A stretch of 64,000 nucleotides of DNA from NCBI GenBank assembly GCA_963779755.1, contig CAVZZO010000003.1:896001-960000 (forward strand). The letters run 5' to 3'. The translations under genes and the position numbers were made by a program. How positions within the stretch are numbered: position 1 is the stretch's first letter; each line of letters begins with the position of its first letter. Positions 51,722 through 62,427 of the stretch are shown piece by piece. Origin of the DNA: an uncultured Gemmatimonadales bacterium. Its GTDB lineage: Bacteria > Gemmatimonadota > Gemmatimonadetes > Gemmatimonadales > GWC2-71-9. The notes under the pieces were generated by a model. The model searched no databases and was not told where the DNA came from. It was given only the letters and a program-made list of their open reading frames with translations.

Positions 51722-52639
51722 ATGTCTGAACGCCGCTGGACGCTCGTCATTGTTCCGCCCGGCTCGCAGGCTTCCCGGATGCTGGAGGTATCGGCCCGGC
51801 TCCTGAAGCTCGCCGCCGGAGGCGCGGGCGTGCTGGTGCTGCTGGCGCTGCTGCTGGGGTATTCCACCTATGCCCGCTCGGTGCACATCGCCCGCACCGG
51901 CGCCCTGCAACGGGAGAACAACCGGCTGACCGCCGAGCTGGCCCGGATCAACACCCGGCTGGGGCGGCTCAACGATACCCTGGCGGCCATCGCCGACCGG
52001 GATACCAGAGTGCGGCTGCTGGCCAACCTGGAGCCCTACGATCCGCAGGTGCAGCAGGCGGGTATCGGCGGTCCCGAGCTGGGCGCCGGCACCCCGCCGG
52101 AGACGCCGACGGAACGCCGGGCCATCGATGCCCGCAGCGATCTCAACGCCCTGATCCGCCGGGCCAATTTCCTGGCCGCCTCCTTCAGCGAAGCGGCCGA
52201 CAGCCTGAAATCGCACGAAGCCCGGCTGTCGGCCATGCCGTCGATCATGCCGACCCGGGGCTGGCTCAGCAGCGCGTTCTCCTCCATGCGCGAGCACCCC
52301 ATCCTGCATGTGATGCGTCCGCACGAAGGCATCGACGTCACGGCCGACATGGGCTCGCCCATCGAAGCGCCGGCCGGCGGGCGGGTAGTCGCCTCCGGGT
52401 GGGAAACGGGTTACGGCAACACGCTGGAGATCGACCACGGCTACGGCATCGTCACCCGCTACGCCCACTGCTCCAAGCTGCTGGTGCACCGCGGCGATCG
52501 GGTGCGCCGGGGCCAGCGCATCGCCCTGGTCGGCAGCACCGGGCTCGCCACCGGCCCCCATCTGCACTACGAAGTGCGGGTGCACGGCAGGCCGGTCGAT
52601 CCGCTGCGTTACGTGCTGCCGGAGGCGGTGGTGGACTAG
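51722..52639 (+). CDS. M23-family peptidoglycan endopeptidase (TM, coiled coil, LytM domain)
   Basis: HEGID, YGN...IDHG, YAH, STGLATGPHLHYEV. Confidence 0.92.
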   Translation: MSERRWTLVIVPPGSQASRMLEVSARLLKLAAGGAGVLVLLALLLGYSTYARSVHIARTGALQRENNRLTAELARINTRLGRLNDTLAAIADRDTRVRLLANLEPYDPQVQQAGIGGPELGAGTPPETPTERRAIDARSDLNALIRRANFLAASFSEAADSLKSHEARLSAMPSIMPTRGWLSSAFSSMREHPILHVMRPHEGIDVTADMGSPIEAPAGGRVVASGWETGYGNTLEIDHGYGIVTRYAHCSKLLVHRGDRVRRGQRIALVGSTGLATGPHLHYEVRVHGRPVDPLRYVLPEAVVD

Positions 52640-52646
52640 GAGCCCC

Positions 52647-52775
52647 GGGAATCGGGAGTCAGGAATCGGGAATCAGGGGTAAGGAAGCCCTGGACGGAGA
52701 AGAAGCAGGGATGCGGCCACCGGCCCATCCCTGCTTCTTTTTTCCCTGATTCCCGATTCCTGATCCCCGATTCCT
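52647..52775. repeat. Inverted heptamer array (RGGAATC)4 ... (GATTCCY)4 enclosing a terminator
   Basis: GGGAATC GGGAGTC AGGAATC GGGAATC / GATTCCC GATTCCT GATCCCC GATTCCT. Confidence 0.92.
52700..52743 (+). terminator. Rho-independent terminator between convergent M23 and lemA genes
   Basis: AAGAAGCAGGGATG ... CATCCCTGCTTCTT 14-bp stem followed by a T run. Confidence 0.8.
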
Positions 52776-53337
52776 AGAACTGCACCTTCGGCGCTTCCTG
52801 CGCTCCCGCCTGGGCCTCGAAATACTCCTTGGGCCCCGAGGCGCCGAAGAGTTTGGCCGTGAGGTTATACGGGAATCTCCGGATGTAGGAGTTGTACTGC
52901 TCTACGGCCGCGTTGTAGTCCTGCCGCGCCACGGAGATCCGGTTCTCCGTGCCGGTCAGCTCATCCTGGAGCTGGATGAAATTCTGGTTGCTCTTGAGCT
53001 CGGGATAGGCTTCCGAGATGGCCAGCAGCCGGCTCAGCGGCCCGGACAGCTGGGCGTTGGCCGTCGCCATGTCCTTCACATTGCCTGTCTTGACCGCGCC
53101 GGCGAGCCGCGCCCGGGCGTCGGCGACCTCGGTAAAGACGGTGGATTCCTGCTGGGCGAAGCCCTTCACCGTGGCCACCAGGTTGGGGATGAGATCGGCC
53201 CGGCGCTGCAGCTGCGCCTGGATGTTGCCCTTGGCGCGGCTGACCTGTTCGTCCAGCCGCTGAATGGTGTTATAGCCGCAGCCCGTCGCCAGCAAGGCGA
53301 CCGCCAGGGCGGCCAGCAGAGCGCGTCCGCGCGTCAT
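52774..53337 (-). CDS. lemA: LemA-family lipoprotein
   Basis: GCGYN, QRRADLIPNLV.TVKG, EAYPELKSN.NF..LQDEL.GTENRI.VAR. Confidence 0.93.
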   Translation of the reverse strand: MTRGRALLAALAVALLATGCGYNTIQRLDEQVSRAKGNIQAQLQRRADLIPNLVATVKGFAQQESTVFTEVADARARLAGAVKTGNVKDMATANAQLSGPLSRLLAISEAYPELKSNQNFIQLQDELTGTENRISVARQDYNAAVEQYNSYIRRFPYNLTAKLFGASGPKEYFEAQAGAQEAPKVQF

Positions 53338-54053
53338 GCCTTGCCTCCGGTCTGGAAGTGGTCCACGTAATCCACACAGTGCTCCATGGCGCGCATATAG
53401 CCTTCGAAACAGGGGCGGCCACAGCGCCAGTCGGTGGTATCCCGATGCGCCAGCACCTCGCGCACCGGCGCCGGATCGAACGGTACCAGCTCGGCGGAGG
53501 CGGTGACCAGGTCGGCGGCGGCCCGGGAGATGCTCTTGCCCCCGAGCGCCAGAAGCCCGCGGTACAGCACCAGCATGCTGGAGAAGCTGTGGCGGGCCAG
53601 ATCGCCCAGCCCGCTGTTCTCGCTGTGCAAGGCGGTATAGCCCTGCCGCAACCGTAGGAGCTTGCCCCGGAACTCCCGCTCCAGCTCGCGGCGCAGATCG
53701 GCCGGATCGACGGTGAGGGCGCGCAGCGGATCGGGGCCGCGCAACACCTGGTAGGCCGAACGCATGTCGGTGATCTCCACCGGAAACACGTCGATGGCCC
53801 GCGCCAGCTCGCTCCGGCTCAGCAGGAGGGGCGGCGGATTGGAACCTTCCCAGCTCCGTAACGCATCGGCCAGGGCGGCCAGGACATCGACATCCACCTG
53901 AGAGAGGACCAGCAGCAGGTTGATGTCGGACCGTCCGGGCACGTATTCGCCGCGAGCCAGCGATCCGTAGAGCACCGCGGCATATTCGCCTTTCATGACC
54001 TGGTCGAGGCGCTGCAGCAGCGGTTCGACCGTCTTGCGCACCTGTTCCGGCAT
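53334..54053 (-). CDS. Pol-beta-superfamily nucleotidyltransferase-domain protein
   Basis: LYGSLARGEY.PGRSDINLL, DVFPVE..D, G.DPL; overlaps both neighbours. Confidence 0.8.
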   Translation of the reverse strand: MPEQVRKTVEPLLQRLDQVMKGEYAAVLYGSLARGEYVPGRSDINLLLVLSQVDVDVLAALADALRSWEGSNPPPLLLSRSELARAIDVFPVEITDMRSAYQVLRGPDPLRALTVDPADLRRELEREFRGKLLRLRQGYTALHSENSGLGDLARHSFSSMLVLYRGLLALGGKSISRAAADLVTASAELVPFDPAPVREVLAHRDTTDWRCGRPCFEGYMRAMEHCVDYVDHFQTGGKA

Positions 54054-54922
54054 CAGAATCTCCCCCCGGCGCCGCCGCCGCTGAAGCCTCCACCTCCCCC
54101 GAACCCACCAAATCCGCCGCCAAACCCGCCGCCGCCCCCACCGCCGCCTCCCCAGCCCCCACCGAAGCCCCCACCACCCCAATATATCCAGGGCAGCACG
54201 CTGGTCCGCCGGCCCCTCCCGCCGGGCCCGCCGCGGCCGCCGCGGCCGAAGATGTTGAGCAGGATGAACAGCGCCACGAAGATGATAATGGGCAGCGCCG
54301 GCCAGCCCCGGTTGCGCCCCTGCCCGGGGGGTGGCGGCGCCGGCGCCGTCAGGGTGGAGTCGTCCACCCCGAAGCCGCGCGCCACCAGGCCCACCAGGGC
54401 CTTGACGCCGGTGAGCAGGCCGGGCCCGTACTGCTCCCGTGCCAGCTGCGGGGTCATGAGATCGCGCACCTGGCCGGCGGTGGCATCGGTGACGATGCCC
54501 TCGGTGCCCTGGCCCGTGGCGATGAAGAGCTGGCCGGTGCCCGCCTGGTGGTTCTGCTGCGGTACCAGCAGGAGTACCAGCCCGGCATTCCGTTTCTGCT
54601 CGCCGATGGCCGCCCGGGCGCCCACGCCCCAGGTGCGTCCGATCTCCAGCGCGACGTCGCTGGGGGCGTAATCGCCGATGGTGGGCAGCGTCACGACCGC
54701 GATTTCCGCCCCGGTGGCGGCGCGGAGCCGCTCGATCCAGGCGGTCATGGAATCCCGCGATGCGGCATCCACCACCCCGGCGACGTCGGTGACGTAGCCG
54801 GCCGGCCGGGCGGGAAAGAGCGCCCGGATCGCCTCCCGGTTCTGGGCCGCCAGCGGCCCGGCCCCGAGGCCGAGTTGAAGCAGAGCCAGCGCTCCGATAG
54901 CTTTGGCCAGCCCGCACTGCAT
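54053..54922 (-). CDS. TPM-domain (YgcG-like) membrane protein with Gly-rich tail
   Basis: GYVTDVAGVV, EIAVVT, WGVG, G.G.EG..TD, TM helix, GGG.FSGGGAGGRF; start 54922 or 54931. Confidence 0.9.
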   Translation of the reverse strand: MQCGLAKAIGALALLQLGLGAGPLAAQNREAIRALFPARPAGYVTDVAGVVDAASRDSMTAWIERLRAATGAEIAVVTLPTIGDYAPSDVALEIGRTWGVGARAAIGEQKRNAGLVLLLVPQQNHQAGTGQLFIATGQGTEGIVTDATAGQVRDLMTPQLAREQYGPGLLTGVKALVGLVARGFGVDDSTLTAPAPPPPGQGRNRGWPALPIIIFVALFILLNIFGRGGRGGPGGRGRRTSVLPWIYWGGGGFGGGWGGGGGGGGGFGGGFGGFGGGGGFSGGGAGGRF

Positions 54923-54949
54923 CCGTCCCATCACCGGCGATTCTCCCTC

Positions 54950-55690
54950 ATGCGTTTGGTACCTGTGGCCCTGCTGGTCGTTCTCGCCGCCTGCGAACAT
55001 TCCCAGGTGCGCGTGCGGGCGGTCATTCCCGGCCCCGACGGCACCCTCGAGCCCGCCTCCGGGCTCGCGCTGGTGGCGCTGCCCTACAACCGCGACAGCG
55101 TGATAGTGGCGCTGGAAGCGCACGCCGCGGCGCCGCGGCCCCACCCCCGCGCGCTGGACAGCCTGGTGGACCGGTTCCGCGAACCGTTCGTCACCTACAC
55201 CCGCACAGCCCTGACGGCGGAGCGGCTGCGCGACACGCTGGACCTGCTCCGGCGGCGACTGGACTCCCTGCCCCGCGGAGCCGATGCCTACCGTACGCTG
55301 TATCGGGAATTCGCCCGGCGGGCCGACAGTCTGGCCGCGCTGCAGCGGACAGCGGAGGACGCGCACCGGCGGCTCGACGCCGTGCGGCGCGACCTGGTCC
55401 CCCGGATCGACAGCCTGCGGCGGGATGTCGCCCGCTGGGAAGATAGCACCTTCCGCGGATACGACGACACCGTGCGCGCGCTGCAGCAGCGCATCGGCCG
55501 TCCGGTCGTTTCCGATACCACCGGCCCCGACGGCGCCACGCTGGTCGTGCTGCCGCGCGGCCCCTGGTGGATCTATGCCCGCGCCTGGGACGTCAACGAC
55601 CCCTACGCCTACTGGTACTGGAATGTTCCGGTTACCGGCGACAGCCTGGTGCTGACACCGGCGAATGCGGTCCATCGGCCCCGATATTAG
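54950..55690 (+). CDS. Hypothetical lipoprotein (beta-domain split by a coiled coil)
   Basis: MRLVPVALLVVLAAC lipobox; LPYNRDS, long helical run, DTT..DG...PRGPWWIYAR, WNVPV. Confidence 0.75.
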   Translation: MRLVPVALLVVLAACEHSQVRVRAVIPGPDGTLEPASGLALVALPYNRDSVIVALEAHAAAPRPHPRALDSLVDRFREPFVTYTRTALTAERLRDTLDLLRRRLDSLPRGADAYRTLYREFARRADSLAALQRTAEDAHRRLDAVRRDLVPRIDSLRRDVARWEDSTFRGYDDTVRALQQRIGRPVVSDTTGPDGATLVVLPRGPWWIYARAWDVNDPYAYWYWNVPVTGDSLVLTPANAVHRPRY

Positions 55691-55702
55691 AGGCAGGCAT
55701 CG

Positions 55703-55821
55703 GGGACAAGGGACACGGGACACGGGACACGGGACACGGGACAAGATCCCTGATTCCTGATTCCTGATCCCTGATCCCTGATCCCTTGTCCCTTGTCCCT
55801 GATCCCTTGTCCCTTATCTCT
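55703..55821. repeat. Mosaic inverted heptamer array (GGGACAM)6 + 11 pyrimidine-rich units
   Basis: GGGACAA (GGGACAC)4 GGGACAA, then GATCCCT/GATTCCT/TGTCCCT units in unbroken 7-nt register. Confidence 0.95.
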
Positions 55822-55851
55822 TACTGTATCCCCCGCATTCATGGATGATCC

Positions 55852-56517
55852 ATGCGCTTGACACTCGTTGCGGTTGGAACGCTGCTGGCCTTCTCCCTCG
55901 CCTGGTTGCCGGCGGGGAAGACAGCCGCTACCGTCCGGCCTGCTGCCGCATTCCAGGATTCTACCGATCACCTGCTGAAGCAGCGCTCCCTCGGATCGGC
56001 CGACGCGCCGGTGACGGTCTTCGAGATGTCCGATTTCCAGTGTCCCTACTGCCGCCGGCACGCGCTGGAGACCTTTCCGGAGCTGAAGCGCAAGTACGTC
56101 GATACCGGAAAGATCCGCTGGGTCTTCGTGAACTTCCCGCTCACCCAGCTCCATCCCAACGCCGCCGCGGCCGCCGAATTCGCCATGTGCGCCGCCCGGG
56201 CAGACAAGTTCTGGCCGGTGCACGATCTGCTCTACCGTAACCAGGATACCTGGGCGCCGCTCAAGGATCCGGCGCCGTTCTTTTTCTCCCTGGCGGATTC
56301 GGTGGGGCTGCCGCGGAAGGAGCTGACCGCGTGCCTGCAGAGCGGTTTCGGGCAGCGGATCGTCAAGGAGGACGCCGAGGGCGCCGCCCATGCCGGCGCC
56401 AACAGCACTCCGACGTTCTTCATTGAAGGCGGACTGCTGGCGGGCGCGGCGCCGGCTTCGGCGTTCGAGCCCATTCTGGACTCGATCTACCAGGCGAAGA
56501 CGACAGCGAAGCAATAA
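55852..56517 (+). CDS. DsbA-family thiol-disulfide oxidoreductase
   Basis: Signal peptide; G..DAPVT..E.SDFQCPYC, FPL..HP.A, STPTFFI. Confidence 0.92.
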   Translation: MRLTLVAVGTLLAFSLAWLPAGKTAATVRPAAAFQDSTDHLLKQRSLGSADAPVTVFEMSDFQCPYCRRHALETFPELKRKYVDTGKIRWVFVNFPLTQLHPNAAAAAEFAMCAARADKFWPVHDLLYRNQDTWAPLKDPAPFFFSLADSVGLPRKELTACLQSGFGQRIVKEDAEGAAHAGANSTPTFFIEGGLLAGAAPASAFEPILDSIYQAKTTAKQ

Positions 56518-56678
56518 CGGGAACCGGGAAATGGGAAATGGGAAATGGAGCCACGGCTCTGTTCTCGTTTCCCGTTTCCCGTTTCCCGTTTCCCGTTTCC
56601 CGTTTCCCGTTTCCCGTTTCCCGTTTCCCGTTTCCCGTTTCCCGTTTCCCGTTTCCCGTTTCCCGTTTCCCGTTTCCC
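56518..56678. repeat. Inverted heptamer array (YGGGAAA)4 ... (GTTTCCC)16
   Basis: Starts right after TAA 56517; 16 perfect GTTTCCC units at 56567-56678. Confidence 0.97.
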
Positions 56679-56681
56679 CGA

Positions 56682-57428
56682 TTATATGGCAAGGAAAATA
56701 TCGTACAACGCGTGCGTCCATGCCGTCACCCCGAAGCCCCGGAGGAGGTACAGCGCGCTGAACAGGACGCCCGCGACGGCGCGGAAGACGAACGAGCCCA
56801 GGGCCCAGGGATCGCCGTAGGGGCCGACATAGTGAAACGCCGAGAAGATCAGCGCCCCGACCACGGTGGCGAAGACGCCGGACGCCAGCCGGTTCCATCC
56901 CAGTCTCTGCCCCAGTGCCGCCAGTCCCGAGACCAGCAGCACCCGGAACAGCAGTTCTTCATACAGGCCTGCCCCCAGGGACACCATCAACTGGGCCGGC
57001 AGGCTGAGCCGTGACATCGCCGTCCCGGCCTGGATGGAGAGGTGCACCCCGCCCGTCAGCAGCAGGGTGGTGAGCAGTGCGGCGATACCGCCGAACATGA
57101 GCGCGTAGACCACCGCCTCCACCGCCATGCCCAGAAATACCCGGCCGTGCAGGACCCGCCCCGAGCGGCGATAGTCGCGCCAGGCGAGCCATGCGCCGAT
57201 CCCCACCAGCAGCAGGTCGAAGACCAGCACCCCTCGCCGGCCCCCCGCCAGGACAAAGACGCTCTTCAGTAGCACATCCGCGCCGTTGCGTACCCCGCTC
57301 ACGGCGCTGCCGGAGAGGGCAAAGGCGAGCAGCTCGTAGAGGAGGAGCAGGGGCGCGACAAACAGCAGGCTGTAGCGCGCCTGCCGTGCGGACTTCCAGT
57401 ACTCGCGACTGAAAAGCGGGGTGGTCAT
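56682..57428 (-). CDS. CPBP (CAAX/Abi) family intramembrane metalloprotease
   Basis: EELLFR, FSAFHY, HALYD motifs; multiple TMs. Confidence 0.88.
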   Translation of the reverse strand: MTTPLFSREYWKSARQARYSLLFVAPLLLLYELLAFALSGSAVSGVRNGADVLLKSVFVLAGGRRGVLVFDLLLVGIGAWLAWRDYRRSGRVLHGRVFLGMAVEAVVYALMFGGIAALLTTLLLTGGVHLSIQAGTAMSRLSLPAQLMVSLGAGLYEELLFRVLLVSGLAALGQRLGWNRLASGVFATVVGALIFSAFHYVGPYGDPWALGSFVFRAVAGVLFSALYLLRGFGVTAWTHALYDIFLAI

Positions 57429-57530
57429 CGGGTGGGAATCTAGCCATTGACTCCCGACAAGGGCATCATCGGTTCACCAGGAGGGCTGTCGGAAGTTGAC
57501 GGACGGCTCTCCATGGGAGACATTGCCGCC

Positions 57531-58841
57531 ATGAGGCGGACCTCACTGCTCTACCGGCTGGGCATCGGCCTGAGCCGGCCGCTCATCCCCATGGCGGGGC
57601 TGGTGGCGCCGGCCATTCGGCGCGGGCACGCGGCGCGGCGGCAGGCCGGCTCGCGCCTGGAGCGGTGGGCCGCCACCCACCGCGACCCGGCGCGGCCGCT
57701 GGTCTGGTTCCACGCACCCTCAGTGGGGGAGGGCCTCCAGGCCCAGGCGGTCCTCCAGCGGGTGCGGCAACGGCATCCGGAATGGCAGGTGGCCTATACC
57801 CATTTCAGCCCGTCGGCGGAGTCCTTCGCCCGCCGGATCGGGGCGGATGTGGCCGATTACCTGCCGTACGACAGCCGGGGCACCGTCCGCAGCCTGCTGC
57901 GTTCCCTCCGTCCCACGGTGCTGGTCTTCACCAAACTCGATCTCTGGCCCGAGCTGGCGACCGGGGCGGCGGCCCAGGGAGCCCGCGTCGCCATGATCGC
58001 GGGGACGGTCCGCCCCAACAGCAGCCGGCTGCGCTGGCCGGCGCGGCAGCTGGCGGCCCCCGGCTACCGGGCCCTGGCGGCGGCCGGAGCCGTGAGCGCC
58101 GACGACGCCGCCCGCCTGCAGGAGCTCGGCGTCCCGGCGGAGCGCATCCGGGTGCTGGGTGATCCCCGCTTCGACAGCGTGGCCGACCGGGTGGCCGCCG
58201 TCCCGCCGGATCATCCCCTGCTGCAGCTGGGCGCCGGCGCGCCGACCCTGGTGGCGGGCTCCACCTGGCCGGGCGATGAAGAGGTCCTGCTGGATGCGTT
58301 CGCCCGGCTGACCGTGCGCCGGCCCGAGGCCCGGCTGATCCTGGTACCCCACCAGCCCACGCCGAAACACCTGGATCATGTGATACAGTTGGCCGGGCGG
58401 TTCGGCCTCCCTACACCCGTCCGGCTGAGCGAGGAGCCGGGGCCGCAGCGCCTGTTGCTGGTCGATCAGCTAGGGGTGCTGGCGACACTCTATGGGGCGG
58501 GCAGTATGGCCTACGTGGGAGGAGGGTTCCACGGGGCAGGCCTGCACTCGGTGCTGGAACCGGCGGCGTGGGGCATCCCGGTCGTGTTCGGGCCCCGCTG
58601 GGAGGAGAGCCGCGATGCCCACCTGCTGCTCACCGCCGGGGGCGCCGAGGCGCTGGCCGAGCTGGGAACCGCCGAATCGGGCGAATCGCTCCAGGCTCTC
58701 TGGGAAGACTGGATTGTGAACCGGGTGCGGCGGGAAGCGCAGGGGCGGAAGGCGCTGGGCGTGGTGCGCCAGGGGCTGGGGGCGGCCGACCGCTGCGCCG
58801 CCCTGATCGAGGAGCTGGCCGCCGGACCTACGGCGTCGTAA
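57531..58841 (+). CDS. waaA: 3-deoxy-D-manno-octulosonic-acid (Kdo) transferase
   Basis: WFHAPSVGE, YLPYD, DLWP, GDPRFD, AGSTW..DE, VPH, YVGGGF, HSVLEPAA.G.P..FGP. Confidence 0.88.
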   Translation: MRRTSLLYRLGIGLSRPLIPMAGLVAPAIRRGHAARRQAGSRLERWAATHRDPARPLVWFHAPSVGEGLQAQAVLQRVRQRHPEWQVAYTHFSPSAESFARRIGADVADYLPYDSRGTVRSLLRSLRPTVLVFTKLDLWPELATGAAAQGARVAMIAGTVRPNSSRLRWPARQLAAPGYRALAAAGAVSADDAARLQELGVPAERIRVLGDPRFDSVADRVAAVPPDHPLLQLGAGAPTLVAGSTWPGDEEVLLDAFARLTVRRPEARLILVPHQPTPKHLDHVIQLAGRFGLPTPVRLSEEPGPQRLLLVDQLGVLATLYGAGSMAYVGGGFHGAGLHSVLEPAAWGIPVVFGPRWEESRDAHLLLTAGGAEALAELGTAESGESLQALWEDWIVNRVRREAQGRKALGVVRQGLGAADRCAALIEELAAGPTAS

Positions 58842-59247
58842 TCGTCGAGTCTCCCACCACGATTCCCTCGACCGTCACGGTGCGGGGGGCGACCAGGCCC
58901 AGCGTCAATCCCGTCACCAGCAGGTCGGTCCAGCGGCTGCGGACCCGCACCCGCACATCGCGGATCTCCTTGCCGCCGACCAGCTGCGAGGCCAGCTGCT
59001 TGCGCACCGACGGCTTCTTGATGGCGATGGCACCCCATAAACCGAAGACCGCGTGGGTGTTTACCTGGAAGGCCGCGCCCTGCGGCGGCTGGCCCGCTTC
59101 GCTCGACAAGGTCGCGGGCACGCCCAGGCTGCGGGCATCGACGGTGAGGGCGCATCCGGCGGTCCAGAGGACCGCCAGAGCCAGAAGCCCGATACGGAGC
59201 CGCCCGGCGGATGCCGGGCGGCGCGGGCCAGCAGGAGCTCTGGGCAT
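58828..59247 (-). CDS. Small lipoprotein, Bor-like
   Basis: Lipobox WTAGC; F.LWG, TLGLVAPRTVTVEG C-terminus. Confidence 0.65.
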   Translation of the reverse strand: MPRAPAGPRRPASAGRLRIGLLALAVLWTAGCALTVDARSLGVPATLSSEAGQPPQGAAFQVNTHAVFGLWGAIAIKKPSVRKQLASQLVGGKEIRDVRVRVRSRWTDLLVTGLTLGLVAPRTVTVEGIVVGDSTITTP

Positions 59248-59255
59248 TCGCAGAA

Positions 59256-59906
59256 TCAAAGTCCGGGAATATTGAGGCCGTACTGGACGCCGACTCCGAA
59301 GGTGGACGGCTTCGTGCCGTTGCGGCTGACCCAGTCGTAGGCGGCGTAGAACCCGAGGCCGCTCAGCATGGAGAACTCGATGCCGCCGCTGATGCCGAAA
59401 TCGGTGGCGGTGGAACTGGACGAGCCGACCACGCTGTTGGTGGTGTGTTCGATATCGAGCCGCGGTGCGATCCACGGCTTGATGGCCACGACGGTGCTGG
59501 GAATCTTCACCGCCAGCGCCAGCCCGACGGGGAAATGGTAGTTCTTGATCGAGCCGACGGACGTATAGGCCGCGCCGCCCTGCAGCCAGAGCGCGAACGG
59601 AACGAGCGGCCCCCCGAACACCTTGAGATTGGCGGTGCCGCCGACCGACGTATGGGACGTGCCGCCCTTGGGCTTGTAGCTGGAGACCGTGGCCGTCACC
59701 CCAAAGGGCCCGAGGCCCAGCTTGCCGGTGCCGCCGAACGCGGTGCCCTTCCCGGCGTCGGCATTGGGAAAGCCGACATCGCCCCGCAGGGTGAGCCCGG
59801 TGTTGACGCCGCTGTTGATCACCGGCAGCCCCGGGTTCTGCGCCTGCAGGGCACCGGCAGCGGCCAGGGTGAACAGCGCAACCAGACCAAGACTCGTTCG
59901 CGTCAT
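59256..59906 (-). CDS. Small outer-membrane beta-barrel protein
   Basis: GGAGG RBS, signal peptide, alternating amphipathic beta-strands. Confidence 0.7.
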   Translation of the reverse strand: MTRTSLGLVALFTLAAAGALQAQNPGLPVINSGVNTGLTLRGDVGFPNADAGKGTAFGGTGKLGLGPFGVTATVSSYKPKGGTSHTSVGGTANLKVFGGPLVPFALWLQGGAAYTSVGSIKNYHFPVGLALAVKIPSTVVAIKPWIAPRLDIEHTTNSVVGSSSSTATDFGISGGIEFSMLSGLGFYAAYDWVSRNGTKPSTFGVGVQYGLNIPGL

Positions 59907-60041
59907 GATGCCTCCGGAGTGGGAACCGCCCGCGGATGCTGGGGCGGGAGCAAGCTACGCAGGGCGCGGGGGAGCGTCAATGCGCCGGACGGGCGCCTCG
60001 CTGGTGACGATGCGCCCGCCCTGCCCTGCACACGCACTGGG

Positions 60042-60641
60042 TCAGTGCAGGAATGCCGCGCCGATGCTGATACCGTCGTAGTCCCCCAGGGCACCGGCAA
60101 TGCGCGCGTCGAAGCGCGGACTGAACCGGATATCCACCCCGAGCCCGATACTGAAGAGCACGTCGTCGGGCCCGTCTCCGAACGTGGGAGTGAGAATCGG
60201 GTGCAGGTAGGGAACGAAGCTGGTCTGGGTGCCTTCCAGGTCCACCCGCCGGCCCAGCGAGAGACCGATGGGAATGAACCCGCGGGAGAAGTTGTTCGCG
60301 ATCTGGCCCCCCAGGCCGACGGTCAGGGCCCCGTCCAGCGGGAAACTCTCCGTGTGGGTGATGACGCGATCGCGGAAGTCGGCGCCCACCAGGAAGCGGG
60401 TGGGACCGGGATCGGAGTCGGCCAGCCCCAGCCGGAAGCCGATATCGGCGGCGCCCCGGCCGACCCGGTAGGCGCCCTCCAGAGCCCAACCCGCGCCGGG
60501 ATCGGAGAAGTATCCGGCCAGCTCGGACGTGTTGAAAGCGCGGTAGGGCGCGAGAAAGACGGGTGTGCCCGTCTCCTGCGCTGCCAGCGGCGTAGCCGCC
60601 AGCGTGAGGCCCAGCAGGGCCGGAATCAGTTTACGGTGCAT
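60042..60641 (-). CDS. Small outer-membrane beta-barrel protein
   Basis: Signal peptide MHRKLIPALLGLTLAATPLAA; amphipathic strands; overlaps the atpC 3' end by 11 nt. Confidence 0.7.
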   Translation of the reverse strand: MHRKLIPALLGLTLAATPLAAQETGTPVFLAPYRAFNTSELAGYFSDPGAGWALEGAYRVGRGAADIGFRLGLADSDPGPTRFLVGADFRDRVITHTESFPLDGALTVGLGGQIANNFSRGFIPIGLSLGRRVDLEGTQTSFVPYLHPILTPTFGDGPDDVLFSIGLGVDIRFSPRFDARIAGALGDYDGISIGAAFLH

Positions 60642-60890
60642 GCGATGCTCCGGAGACGCGTTCGGCCACGACCCGCACGACATCGTGCACGACCTGGAGG
60701 AATCCGCCCTCCACCCGGAAGCGCTGGTCGCCGCCGCGGCGGCGGACGATCAGGGTTCCCCGGCCGAGCAGTGTCATGAACGGGGCATGGTTCGGCAGGA
60801 TGCCCACCTCGCCATCGAACGCGGGGGCCACCACGGCCTCCGCGTCGCCGTCGAATATGGACGCCTCGGGGGAGATAACCGTGACGTGCA

Positions 60891-60891
<1 letters not shown>
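60631..60891 (-). CDS. atpC: ATP synthase F1 epsilon subunit (N-terminal domain only, 86 aa)
   Basis: VISPE, GEVGILPNHAP, VEGGFLQV; follows atpD. Confidence 0.92.

Positions 60892-62423
<1,532 letters not shown>

Positions 62424-62427
<4 letters not shown>

Noticed and set aside
56390..57014. ORFs with SRFPFPV / GNGKRET / GIRNQES repeats
   Set aside because: These are translations of non-coding heptamer arrays, not proteins.
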